The notes beneath the pieces were generated by a model. The model did not search any database. It was not told where the DNA came from and was given only the letters and a program-made list of their open reading frames with translations. A program made the position numbers and the translations under genes. Shown one piece after another: positions 22,899 through 31,909 of a stretch of 32,000 nt of DNA (the stretch's first letter is position 1; every line of letters starts with the position of its first letter). Source of the DNA: Erysipelotrichaceae bacterium MTC7 (GTDB taxonomy: Bacteria; Bacillota_I; Bacilli_A; Erysipelotrichales; Erysipelotrichaceae); contig LVZN01000015.1 of assembly GCA_001695645.1 (NCBI GenBank), forward strand, positions 9,749 to 41,748, written 5' to 3'.

Positions 22899-24257
22899 TC
22901 ATGCAAGTTTCGTTTTTTCTAGTTTTCCAAGTTGATGGTGCAAGTAAACCGACATGATAAGGGCTACGAAAAACGAAAGTACATCTGCTGCTGGTTGGGC
23001 AAACACGATGCCATCGACACCAAGTACACCTGGCAAAACCAAAATCAATGGAATAAAACAAAGACCCTGGCGACAAGCACCTAGAATAAACCCTAGTAAA
23101 CCTTTTCCTAGCGCTAAATACAAGGAAGAATATACAGTGTAATAGCCAAATAGCATGAAGGATAAACCATTCAATTGCAGGGCATGGACGCCCACTTGAA
23201 TCAGTTTGGCATCACCATTTGCAAACTGCATGATGATAGTATTTGCAAACACACTTGTCAACAACCCAAACAAGATACAAAATCCAGTTGCATAGATACA
23301 AGACAACTTAATGGATGATTGCAAACGGTCCCAGTTTTTTGCACCAAAACTATATCCAGCAATGGGTTGAAATCCCTTCAAAAACCCAAAAACAACCAAA
23401 CTCCCCATGGAAATGATTCGTGTTGTTGCACCAAGGGCTGCAATAATGGAGTCCCCATAGATTTTTGCTTTCACATTCACGAGACCAATTGCTAAACTGG
23501 TAAATAACTGAAATGCAAGCGTTGGTATCCCAATCTTCATAATTTCTGCATACATAGCTTTGGATGGTACAACATCCTTAAGTCGATAACTAAATACACT
23601 ACTTTTTTTATAAATGTAGAACAGATATACACAAGTCGATCCCATTTGTGCAATCGCTGTAGCAATAGCTGCTCCTGCAACACCAAAGTTCAAGCTATAA
23701 ATGCAAATCGGGTCAAGAACGACATTCATGACTGCTCCAAGTAACAATGCAAACATCGCAATACGTGGTGAACCTTCACTGGTTACAATATTGTTCATCG
23801 TGACATTAAAAATATTAAAAAAACATGAAGCAACGTAGATGGTTGCATAGGTTTTTGCATAAGGTAAAATACTTTTCGTTGCCCCTAATCCATAAAGGAT
23901 GTCTTCCATAAACAACAGCACACAAGCAATCATGATGACTCCCACAACTAAACTGCTGTACAAGGCTGTACATGCAACCTGATTGCCCTTTTTTTGATCT
24001 TGTCCCCCCAGTAAGCGTGAAATGTATGAACTCGCTCCATTACCAAAAAGTAAACCGATTCCAACAATGGCTTGACCAAATGGAAAGACAACAGCAATTG
24101 CGCCCATTTGACTGGTCCCCAGTCCGCCCACAAAATAAGCATCCACTAGGTTGTAGATAGCATTAACCATCATACCTACCATCATGGAAATCCCCATGGC
24201 AAGTAATGTTTTAGATACGGGCATTTTCCCTAACCTTTGACTTCTATCTCTTTTCAT
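22899..24257 (-). CDS. MATE-family efflux transporter
   Basis: 452 aa and 12 TM helices, with AIYNLVDAYFVGGLG near the N-terminus. A strong SD GGAGGAGG precedes it. Confidence 0.85.
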   Translation of the reverse strand: MKRDRSQRLGKMPVSKTLLAMGISMMVGMMVNAIYNLVDAYFVGGLGTSQMGAIAVVFPFGQAIVGIGLLFGNGASSYISRLLGGQDQKKGNQVACTALYSSLVVGVIMIACVLLFMEDILYGLGATKSILPYAKTYATIYVASCFFNIFNVTMNNIVTSEGSPRIAMFALLLGAVMNVVLDPICIYSLNFGVAGAAIATAIAQMGSTCVYLFYIYKKSSVFSYRLKDVVPSKAMYAEIMKIGIPTLAFQLFTSLAIGLVNVKAKIYGDSIIAALGATTRIISMGSLVVFGFLKGFQPIAGYSFGAKNWDRLQSSIKLSCIYATGFCILFGLLTSVFANTIIMQFANGDAKLIQVGVHALQLNGLSFMLFGYYTVYSSLYLALGKGLLGFILGACRQGLCFIPLILVLPGVLGVDGIVFAQPAADVLSFFVALIMSVYLHHQLGKLEKTKLA

Positions 24258-24276
24258 TTTCTATATTTCCTCCTCC

Positions 24277-24349
24277 TTGACTATACTCACAATTTATATT
24301 ACTATAAATTATAGTATAATCGCATCACGCACTACTATAATTTATAGTA
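24277..24349 (+). promoter_or_regulatory. padR promoter with two 17-bp palindromic operators in the MATE/PadR divergent intergenic region
   Basis: TTGACT (24277-24282), 17 nt, TACTAT (24300-24305). Operators TACTATAAATTATAGTA (24300-24316) and TACTATAATTTATAGTA (24333-24349) are reverse complements of each other. Confidence 0.5.
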
Positions 24350-24369
24350 GTTATCAAAAGGAGAAAGAC

Positions 24370-24915
24370 ATGGCAACCATCGATTTAATTGTGCTTGGTA
24401 TGATTAAGCAAGAAGCAATGAGTGCATACGACATCCAAAAGTTAGTAGAATATCGAAATATTTCAAAATGGGTAAAAATTAGCACACCATCCATTTATAA
24501 AAAAGTGCTTCAATTGGAAAAAAAGGGATTGATTCAAGGAGCGACACACAAGGAAGGAAAGGTGGAAAAGGTAATTTACCATATAACGGAAGCGGGCGAA
24601 ATAACATTTCTTAACTTAATGGAGGAAACCGCAAAACAACCGGTTCATTTCTTTCTTGATTTTAATGCAGTCATTGTAAATTTGATGAACATAACACCTC
24701 CACTACGTTTGATGTATTTGAATCACATCAAAACGCAGTTATTAGACCTGCAATCCGAAATTGATCAAAACTTACGAACTAAAGAGATGGATAAGCAAAT
24801 CCCACTTGTCGGAGTTGAGGTATTGAAACAACAAAAACAACTAACCACAACCATTATGGAATGGTTAGTTACACTACAAGAAGAAGTGCAACGATACGAA
24901 AAGGAGAGTTTATGA
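24370..24915 (+). CDS. PadR-family transcriptional regulator
   Basis: IDLIVLGMIKQEAMSAYDIQKLVEYRNISKWVKISTPSIYKKVLQLEKKGLI is a PadR winged HTH. Start moved to the ATG at 24370, after AAAGGAGAAAGAC. Confidence 0.85.
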   Translation: MATIDLIVLGMIKQEAMSAYDIQKLVEYRNISKWVKISTPSIYKKVLQLEKKGLIQGATHKEGKVEKVIYHITEAGEITFLNLMEETAKQPVHFFLDFNAVIVNLMNITPPLRLMYLNHIKTQLLDLQSEIDQNLRTKEMDKQIPLVGVEVLKQQKQLTTTIMEWLVTLQEEVQRYEKESL

Positions 24916-25634
24916 ACTGGGAACCTTGGACAGGGTGTTATCCACACAGCGAAGGATGTAACAACTGTTATTTCTATGGACCAAATGCGAAACGCTATGG
25001 GCAAAATGAAATCATAAAAACTGACAAATTTGATTGGCCGATCCGGAAAAAGAAAAACGGTGAATACAATATTAAGGGAGATAAAATACTTGCGACTTGC
25101 TTTGCGACTGATTTCTTTTTGCCAGAAGCAGATCTGATGCGAAAAGAAGTCTGGGCAATGATTAAAGAAAGACAAGATATCGATTTCTTAATTTTAACCA
25201 AACGCATCGAGCGTTTTTACGAGTCTTTACCTGAAGACTGGGGTGATGGATACGATAATGTAAATATTGGTTGCACTGTTGAAAACCAAAAAGCAGCGGA
25301 TGAACGATTGCCCTTGTTTTTATCGTATCCAATCAAACGTCGGTTTGTTGCCTGCGCACCACTTTTGGAAGCCATTGATCTAAGCAAATATATACACGGC
25401 ATTGATCATGTTTCCGTTGGTGGTGAAACCAGTAAAGATGCACGAGTATGTGACTATCAGTGGGTCTTAGACATACGCAAACAGTGTCAGGATGCTGGCA
25501 AGACATTTTGGTTTAAAAACACGGGTTCGATCTTTAAAAAAGATGGTCAAATTGAAAAGGTGAATCCATTCAAGCAGACAACCTATGCCAAGGAACTGGA
25601 TATCAATATATCCGACGGAAAACCATTATTCTAA
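24912..25634 (+). CDS. DUF5131 (phage Gp37/Gp68-like, three-Cys-motif) family protein; function unknown
   Basis: The N-terminus MNWEPWTGCYPHSEGCNNCYF is the family signature WNPWxGCxxxSxGCxxCY. The ATG overlaps the padR TGA (ATGA) and follows AAGGAGAG. Confidence 0.8.
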   Translation: MNWEPWTGCYPHSEGCNNCYFYGPNAKRYGQNEIIKTDKFDWPIRKKKNGEYNIKGDKILATCFATDFFLPEADLMRKEVWAMIKERQDIDFLILTKRIERFYESLPEDWGDGYDNVNIGCTVENQKAADERLPLFLSYPIKRRFVACAPLLEAIDLSKYIHGIDHVSVGGETSKDARVCDYQWVLDIRKQCQDAGKTFWFKNTGSIFKKDGQIEKVNPFKQTTYAKELDINISDGKPLF

Positions 25635-25669
25635 AAAAACCGGTGATGTTTACCATCTCCGGTTTTTTT
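25633..25669. terminator. Bidirectional intrinsic terminator shared by the convergent DUF5131 gene and man operon
   Basis: AAAAAAACCGGTGATG-tttac-CATCTCCGGTTTTTTT. Confidence 0.75.
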
Positions 25670-25756
25670 ACATAAGCTTGTTTATCGCGTCATTTTTCCA
25701 CCACAACAGGCAGTTTGTTTCTACAACAAATTATTCGACGAGTCACTTATAATTTT

Positions 25757-26149
25757 TTATTTATTTGAAAGTGTATCGGCTTTTTTAAACTTTGCCTTTA
25801 GTCCGCGTTTGAGCACGGCAAAGAAACCAAGGGAGCGAACCATTTGTTTCGAATCAACATATTGATTGATGGCACGAAGAATCTTCTTCGGTTCTTTCGA
25901 GGAAAAACTAAATGTCCCATTCGCTTTTGTTTGGATTGCATAACGAGGAATCCATTTCCCTTTAAACATAACCGATGCTATCACGAGTTCGATTTCATCC
26001 CACGGAATTTGGATGTAGTGTTTTTTATCTCGATTATCAAAGTATTCAAAACCTTTATCTCCCAGCATCAATTTTCCATAACTTGCAACTCCCATATATG
26101 AAGTAGCATCGATGACAAGATCCGCTCTTGTGTTGATTGATTGAATCAT
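25757..26149 (-). CDS. manO: DUF956 protein (ManO-like), the conserved last gene of Firmicutes mannose-PTS operons
   Basis: ATSYMGVASYGKLMLGDKGFEYF...YIQIPWDEIELVIASVMFKGKWIPRYAIQTKANGTFSF resembles ManO/DUF956. Start moved to the ATG at 26149. Confidence 0.8.
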   Translation of the reverse strand: MIQSINTRADLVIDATSYMGVASYGKLMLGDKGFEYFDNRDKKHYIQIPWDEIELVIASVMFKGKWIPRYAIQTKANGTFSFSSKEPKKILRAINQYVDSKQMVRSLGFFAVLKRGLKAKFKKADTLSNK

Positions 26150-26174
26150 ATGTATATGCCCCTTTCTGTTATTT

Positions 26175-27086
26175 TTATAACAATCCGATGACGTGTCCAC
26201 CAATACCAACAAGGAATAATCCAATGATAATCACGATTGGCGATACTTTCTTTTTCAATAATTTCATACATAACAACGTCAACAATAAGGCAGCTAGCCC
26301 TGGAATTAACGTATTCAAGTTGTCTTGTAACGTTGTTACTTTTTCTGGTGATAAAGATAGACCAGAAGCAAACTGTGTCAATGCTTCACGAATACCTTCA
26401 GCTCCTGCAGGTAGTTTATCCCATTCGATATACGCACCTTCACTTAGTTTTACGGTCGATACCGTTGGTGTAAAACTAATCGATACCCAACGTTGGACCA
26501 AAGAGCCAAGCACAAACATACCTAAAATCGAAGCCCCTTGTGTTACCTTTTGTAACAATCCACCTGACAAGTCTTGCGTGATTTTAGTTCCTGCTGTATA
26601 ACCGAATTCTTGTGTGTACCATATAAAACCTAAACGGATAACATTCCACGCAATAAAGAAAATTAATGGTCCAAGAATGTTTCCAGATAATGCTAATGAT
26701 GCTCCCAATGCTCCAAGCATTGGACGAAGTGTAAACCAGAAGACTGGGTCTCCCACTCCAGCAAGTGGTCCCATCATTCCAACTTTAACCCCTTGGATTG
26801 CAGCATCATCAATCGGTGCACCATTGGCACGGTCTTCTTCAAGTGCAAGTGTTACTCCAAGGATTGGTGCTGCTACGTATGGATGGGTATTGAAGAATTC
26901 CAAGTGACGTTTTAAAGCATCAACTTGCTCTTCTTTTGTTGTATACAATCGTTTGATTGCAGGGATCATTGCATAACACCATCCACCATTTTGCATACGT
27001 TCATAGTTCCAAGAACCTTGAATCCATGTGGAACGCCATGCGACAGATACTCTATCTTTTTTACTTAAATTAATTCTTTCAGCCAC
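26175..27086 (-). CDS. manZ: PTS mannose/fructose/sorbose-family EIID component
   Basis: RSTWIQGSWNYERMQNGGWCYAMIPAIKRLY and HLEFFNTHPY are typical of EIID. GTG start 8 nt after AGGAGGG. Confidence 0.9.
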   Translation of the reverse strand: MAERINLSKKDRVSVAWRSTWIQGSWNYERMQNGGWCYAMIPAIKRLYTTKEEQVDALKRHLEFFNTHPYVAAPILGVTLALEEDRANGAPIDDAAIQGVKVGMMGPLAGVGDPVFWFTLRPMLGALGASLALSGNILGPLIFFIAWNVIRLGFIWYTQEFGYTAGTKITQDLSGGLLQKVTQGASILGMFVLGSLVQRWVSISFTPTVSTVKLSEGAYIEWDKLPAGAEGIREALTQFASGLSLSPEKVTTLQDNLNTLIPGLAALLLTLLCMKLLKKKVSPIVIIIGLFLVGIGGHVIGLL

Positions 27087-27103
27087 GTTATAGTCCCTCC
27101 TTT

Positions 27104-27901
27104 TTAGTAATCATTTAATATGTCATCTAGTGGATCACCGATGTTTCCACCACCATTCGAAGACCCACCTTTACTTGATAAGTCTAAGTATACAAATGCA
27201 AGTGCAACAGCAATTGCACCTAATGCCATAAGCGTTAATTGATTTACAGCTGCTAAACAAAATCCAATTGCAAAGAATGGCCAAACTTCACGTGTTGCCA
27301 TCATGTTGATAACCATTGCATAACCAACCGCGACAACCATTCCTCCACCAATTGCCATTCCATCAGTTAACCATGCTGGCATCGAGTTTAAGAAATTTGC
27401 GACAGTTTCAGCAGGAATAAATAATAATGCTGCTGCTGGAATAGCAATACGTAAACCTTGCATTCCAATTGCTAGAATTTGCCACATTTCAATTTTCTTG
27501 AAATCACCTTTTTCGGCCGCTGCGTCCATACGGTGTACGATTGGAACCGCAATTGTACGTGCAATCATCGTTAAGAATAATCCAGCAACTGCCAAAGGAA
27601 TGGCAACGGTAATCGCTGTACTCACTCCATCAACGCCTTGTCCTCCTAAAACTAAGATAATCGCTGAAGCAACTGATGCAAGCGCCGCATCTGGAGCAAT
27701 CGCAGCTCCAATGTTTGCCCATCCTAAAGCAATCATTTGTAATGAACCACCAAGTATGATTCCTGCTTCTAGTTGCCCTGAAACCAAACCTATTAACGTA
27801 CATGCAACTAGCGGTTGGTGAAATTGAAATGCGTCAAGCACTCCACCCATACCAGCTAGAAATGCAACTATAACTACTAATATAACTGTAATAATCGACA
27901 T
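27104..27901 (-). CDS. manY: PTS mannose-family EIIC component
   Basis: 265 aa, multi-pass and Gly/Ala-rich, with an EIIC-Man type N-terminus. It lies between the EIIAB and EIID genes. Confidence 0.9.
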   Translation of the reverse strand: MSIITVILVVIVAFLAGMGGVLDAFQFHQPLVACTLIGLVSGQLEAGIILGGSLQMIALGWANIGAAIAPDAALASVASAIILVLGGQGVDGVSTAITVAIPLAVAGLFLTMIARTIAVPIVHRMDAAAEKGDFKKIEMWQILAIGMQGLRIAIPAAALLFIPAETVANFLNSMPAWLTDGMAIGGGMVVAVGYAMVINMMATREVWPFFAIGFCLAAVNQLTLMALGAIAVALAFVYLDLSSKGGSSNGGGNIGDPLDDILNDY

Positions 27902-27919
27902 GTGTATTCTCCCTTCATC

Positions 27920-28891
27920 TTATACTTCAGTAAAAGATTTTTTTGCTTTATTGATTATTTCATCCATGTTTTCTTTGGAATCCGCTGGTACTTTACGCAC
28001 ATCAAACTGAATTCCATCTTTTTTCAAGGCATCAAATGTTTGAATATCATCTTCACTCAAAGAAATGACTTTGTTTACTGCCACTTTCCCAAGTGAGTGT
28101 GCCATGGACCCAACATTTACAACATGTAGATCGACACCACCTTCAACTGCACGAAGTACATCTTGTGGGTTTTCAAACAGTAACATCGCTTTGGTATTTC
28201 CAAAGCGTGGATTTTTTGCGACTTGAATCATTTTATCTACAGGCACAACATTTGCTTTTACTCCTGGAGGAGCCGCTTGTTCAATCAATGTTTTTCTAAG
28301 TTCGTCTTTTGCCACTGCATCCGAAACAACGATAATGCGTGTTGGTTGCACTTCTTTTGTCCATGCTGTTGCAACTTGCCCGTGTAATAAACGAGAATCA
28401 ATGCGTGCTAATACATATTTGATTTTTCCATCACCAACAACCGTTCCTTCTGCAAGTGTTGCTTTTTTTGCATGTGCTGTTGCTTCTTTTTCTTCAAGTG
28501 ACTTTGGTGCGATTTGCACGCCTTCTTTTGCCGTCTTAGAAATATGCTTTGCAATCTCGACAGCTTTGTCCATTGACATTCTTGAAGCAAACGTTTCAAT
28601 TAACATCGGCAAGTTCAAGCCTGTTACAATACACCATGTTGCATGATCTTGAATTAATGCATTTGCCTGATTAAACGGCGTACCTCCCCATAGATCAACA
28701 AGAATTAACACCTCTTCTTGATTTTCAAAGGTTTGCACTGCTGCTTCCATTTTTTTCCTGATATCCTCAGGTCCTTCACTTGGCGTTAGAGACACGGCTT
28801 TGATATTCTCTTGTTTTCCAAATATCATTTCACCAGAGTTTAATGCACCTTGCGCTAAATCACCATGTGACGCTAGGATTATTCCTACCAT
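27920..28891 (-). CDS. manX: PTS mannose-family EIIAB component
   Basis: MVGIILASHGDLAQG (EIIA His), an Ala/Lys/Glu-rich linker, then EIIB with RIDSRLLHGQVATAWTK (His). Confidence 0.9.
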   Translation of the reverse strand: MVGIILASHGDLAQGALNSGEMIFGKQENIKAVSLTPSEGPEDIRKKMEAAVQTFENQEEVLILVDLWGGTPFNQANALIQDHATWCIVTGLNLPMLIETFASRMSMDKAVEIAKHISKTAKEGVQIAPKSLEEKEATAHAKKATLAEGTVVGDGKIKYVLARIDSRLLHGQVATAWTKEVQPTRIIVVSDAVAKDELRKTLIEQAAPPGVKANVVPVDKMIQVAKNPRFGNTKAMLLFENPQDVLRAVEGGVDLHVVNVGSMAHSLGKVAVNKVISLSEDDIQTFDALKKDGIQFDVRKVPADSKENMDEIINKAKKSFTEV

Positions 28892-29055
28892 TATATATTC
28901 CTTCCTTTCTCATGTAGTTTATAAGAAATACATAGATCCATACTTACGTAATAAACTGTAACTGAATTTCTAATTTCTTTGCATGCATCCCACCAAAATT
29001 CAGCCATATCAATACTTCGTCATGGATCCCTTGTATTTTTTATCCATTCTAAACA

Positions 29056-29119
29056 ACAAAAAAAGCGTAACGATGCACATAAAAATGTCTTTTGACATTT
29101 TATCTACAAAGTTACGCTT
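29056..29119 (-). terminator. Long intrinsic terminator in the man operon leader
   Basis: Minus strand AAGCGTAAC ... (inner stem ATAAAATGTC-aaaa-GACATTTTTAT) ... GTTACGCTT, followed by TTTTTTG. Confidence 0.6.
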
Positions 29120-29145
29120 GTAAAAAACTACGTTTACAATAACAC
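29111..29145 (-). promoter_or_regulatory. RAT-like antiterminator hairpin overlapping the 5' arm of the man leader terminator
   Basis: GTGTTATTGTAAACGTAGTTTTTTACAAGCGTAAC folds as GTTA/TAAC plus TTGTAAA/TTTACAA with a GCG bulge. Its 5' GUGUUAUUG and 3' CAAGCGUAAC resemble, by recall, the B. subtilis ptsG RAT (GUGUUACUG...CAGGCAUGAG). Confidence 0.4.
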
Positions 29146-29173
29146 ACTTGTGTAATATTTTTTTGTTGGTTTA

Positions 29174-29202
29174 ATGTTAGCATTTAGCTAATACTAAGTC
29201 AA
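29174..29202 (-). promoter_or_regulatory. Candidate extended -10 promoter for the man leader
   Basis: TTGACT (29197-29202), 17 nt, TAACAT (29174-29179), preceded by TGc. Confidence 0.4.
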
Positions 29203-29247
29203 TACGAAATATAATAATTACTTTTTTATGATGTTTTTATAAAAGTT

Positions 29248-30090
29248 TTAGACTTCATGACTCACCCGAACCTTTTCAATATGAAGTGCTAAGTAACCAC
29301 GTTCTTCTTCTGAGATTTCAGTTCGTAATAGCGATGAAATATACGTACAAATTTCATCGGATAGCGCAAAAGCTTCAGGAAAACTTTGCGCAGAGAAATC
29401 ATTGATACTTACCATTACGTTTTCATTTCGTTCCAAACGTACAAGTAAAAACTTAATATGGTTCAATAGACGCATATAAGAAATAGAATCAACATCAATT
29501 GCAATGTCATAAGCTTGTTCGACCGTCGATAAAGTTTTATGCACAATTTGCGTTAACTGCATGGATTGGATTGGTTTTTCGTTTGTGAGACCACAGTGAA
29601 TGTGCAGCGAAATGTAACCAATTTCATCGTCACTAATAGTAAAACCAATCTTATCTTTGATAATCTGTCGCGCTTTGCTAGCAACTGCATACTCGTCTTT
29701 AAACAACAATTTGATATCATCAGTTAACGGATTGTTGATACTCGTATCATTTTTAATTCGTTCAATTGAAAACGCAATGTGGTCAGCTAAAGGTAGTAAA
29801 ATATTCGAATCAAAACTGTTGAACACTTTTTCTGCTTCCGTGATGATTTCATTTGTAATTTCTAAGAACACAGGATCCGTATCATTGATAATTTCATGGA
29901 TCGAACCATTTGTATTCTCTAAATAATAACACTTAACTTTTTTATCAACATTTGCAAGTTTTTGCTCAGGACTTAATCCAAAGCCAATTCCCTTCCCCAA
30001 CAAAATCACTTCTTCATTTTGTTGGGTTCTCGCCAATACAGCACTGTGATTCAATGCTTTCACTACGGTATAGATTCCTTCGTGGTGCAT
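29248..30090 (-). CDS. BglG/LicT/GlcT-family PRD-containing transcriptional antiterminator
   Basis: 280 aa. N-terminal CAT RNA-binding domain (VVKALNHSAVLARTQQNEEVILLGKGIGFG) and two PRD-like regions with conserved His (ADHIAFSIERI, SLHIHCG, LNHIKFLLVRL, ALHIEKV). Confidence 0.85.
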   Translation of the reverse strand: MHHEGIYTVVKALNHSAVLARTQQNEEVILLGKGIGFGLSPEQKLANVDKKVKCYYLENTNGSIHEIINDTDPVFLEITNEIITEAEKVFNSFDSNILLPLADHIAFSIERIKNDTSINNPLTDDIKLLFKDEYAVASKARQIIKDKIGFTISDDEIGYISLHIHCGLTNEKPIQSMQLTQIVHKTLSTVEQAYDIAIDVDSISYMRLLNHIKFLLVRLERNENVMVSINDFSAQSFPEAFALSDEICTYISSLLRTEISEEERGYLALHIEKVRVSHEV

Positions 30091-30116
30091 GATTGTCTCC
30101 CCTTTCGTATAACACT

Positions 30117-31745
30117 TTATATCGCTGCAACTTTTTCTAAATAATCTTCTAAATTGGATTTAATAATTAATACTTGCGGACCATAGGTAATTTGAATCCC
30201 TTTGCCTCGTTTAAAAATACCTGATGATCCAGTTTCTTTGATTTTCTTTTCATCAATCATCGTAACATCAACTAGCGTTGCTCTCAGTCGTGATGTACAA
30301 CAATCGATATCCAAAATATTGGACGCTCCACCAAGCGCTTGTGCAATATCGAACGATAAATCATCAACACCCAAAACACGTTCACGTTCCGTTTGTTCTT
30401 TGACTTCTTGTTCACTGGTACTTGCTTGCTTAACATAAACAGTAGCTTCACTACCTTCACGTCCTGGTGTTTTTAAATCAAACTTTTTAATGAGTAATGT
30501 AAACGTAAAGTAGTATAAACAAAAATATAATATACCAACAAGCGGAATCAAAATCCAATTGGTTTTCTCATTTCCTTGTAAGATACCAAACAAAAACAAG
30601 TCGATTGCTCCTGCAGAGAAAGTTAAACCTACTGTGATATGTAACAGTTGTGCAATTAAATAGGAGCATCCTGCATAAAAAACATGTACAACAAATAGCA
30701 TCGGTGCCGCAAATAAGAAAGTAAATTCAATAGGTTCTGTAATTCCCGTTAACACGGATGTTAAAGCTGCTGAAAAAAGCAATCCACCAACTAATTTTCG
30801 TTTCTTTGGACTCGCGCAACGATACATTGCTAAAGCTGCACCAGGTAAACCAAAGATCATATATAAAAACTCTCCAGAGAAAAACCGTAAAGCATTTTCA
30901 TCAAACTGTAATGTGCTTGGTGAAGCAAACTGTGCAAAGAAAATATTTTGCGCACCTTGGATTAACTGTCCATCAATCATCATACTACCACCAAGTCCCG
31001 TATGCCAAAACGGTAAATAGAAAACATGATGTAACCCAAAAGGAATTAGTGCACGTTTGATCCAACCAAAAAGCAATGTTCCAAAATATCCACTTTTTTG
31101 AATGATATCACCAAGTGGATAAATGGCATTTTGAATCGTTGGCCAAATATAATAAAGCATAAAGCCAACACCCAAAAACGCAACAGAGCATACGATTGGC
31201 ACAAAATGAGTACCACTAAAGAACGATAAAGCTGCCGGTAATTTTATTTTATAAAACCGATTGTGTAATGTGGCAACACCTAGTCCAACTAACATTCCAC
31301 CAAAGACTCCTAGTTCCAATGACATAATTCCACAAACCGATGCAATGGTTCCTGCTTTCACCGTGTCCACAACAGCATCATTCACAATGTATCCATGTAG
31401 TTCTAGCATTGTCGATATGGTTTGATGCATAATGAAAAAAGCAATGGCTGCTGATAATGCGGCTACTGCTTTTTCTCTTTTTGCCATACCAATTGCCACT
31501 CCTATTGCAAAAATGATAGATAAATTATTAAAAACAACCTTTCCTGATTTTTGAAGTACAATAAAAAGCACATTCAAAAATGTACCATTCCCTAAGATGT
31601 TTTCTAAATGGTACGCTTCAATCATTGCTGTATTTGTCAGTGCTTCCCCGACTCCTAAAAACAAACCTGCAATGGGTAATATTGCGATTGGCAACATAAA
31701 GCTCCGACCCATTCTTTGCAGACTGCTAAAAAGATTATCAAACAT
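30117..31745 (-). CDS. PTS glucose-family EIICB component (PtsG/NagE-like); no EIIA domain
   Basis: The N-terminus MFDNLFSSLQRMGRSFMLPIAILPIAGLFLGVG is typical of glucose-class EIIC. The C-terminal EIIB carries DIDCCTSRLRATLVD (the CxTRLR Cys site). Confidence 0.85.
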   Translation of the reverse strand: MFDNLFSSLQRMGRSFMLPIAILPIAGLFLGVGEALTNTAMIEAYHLENILGNGTFLNVLFIVLQKSGKVVFNNLSIIFAIGVAIGMAKREKAVAALSAAIAFFIMHQTISTMLELHGYIVNDAVVDTVKAGTIASVCGIMSLELGVFGGMLVGLGVATLHNRFYKIKLPAALSFFSGTHFVPIVCSVAFLGVGFMLYYIWPTIQNAIYPLGDIIQKSGYFGTLLFGWIKRALIPFGLHHVFYLPFWHTGLGGSMMIDGQLIQGAQNIFFAQFASPSTLQFDENALRFFSGEFLYMIFGLPGAALAMYRCASPKKRKLVGGLLFSAALTSVLTGITEPIEFTFLFAAPMLFVVHVFYAGCSYLIAQLLHITVGLTFSAGAIDLFLFGILQGNEKTNWILIPLVGILYFCLYYFTFTLLIKKFDLKTPGREGSEATVYVKQASTSEQEVKEQTERERVLGVDDLSFDIAQALGGASNILDIDCCTSRLRATLVDVTMIDEKKIKETGSSGIFKRGKGIQITYGPQVLIIKSNLEDYLEKVAAI

Positions 31746-31808
31746 ATGATATCCCCCTAAGCTTTACAACTATTCCATGATATACATTCACACGTGATAT
31801 TATCTTGT

Positions 31809-31838
31809 ATTATAGATTATATGTAATTCAAAAGTCAA
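31809..31838 (-). promoter_or_regulatory. Candidate promoter of the EIICB-antiterminator genes
   Basis: TTGACT (31833-31838), 18 nt, TATAAT (31809-31814). Confidence 0.45.
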
Positions 31839-31879
31839 TAAACTTGGTATTCCATATTTATATATTGGTTATTTCATTT

Positions 31880-31909
31880 CACATTCATGAAAAGGCAACC
31901 ACATGTGAT
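31880..31909. terminator. Hairpin terminator, probably ending a minus-strand gene that lies beyond the window
   Basis: AAAAGGCAACCACATGTGATTGCCTTTTTT: a GC-containing stem with A and T runs on both sides. Confidence 0.55.

Noticed and set aside
28891-29007. 38-codon ORF (MAEFWWDACKEIRNSVTVYYVSMDLCISYKLHEKGRNI) ending in a TAATG overlap with manX.
   Set aside because: No SD-like sequence precedes its ATG and no motif was recognised. It is most likely a chance frame in the AT-rich leader. It would be worth revisiting only if Ribo-seq shows occupancy.
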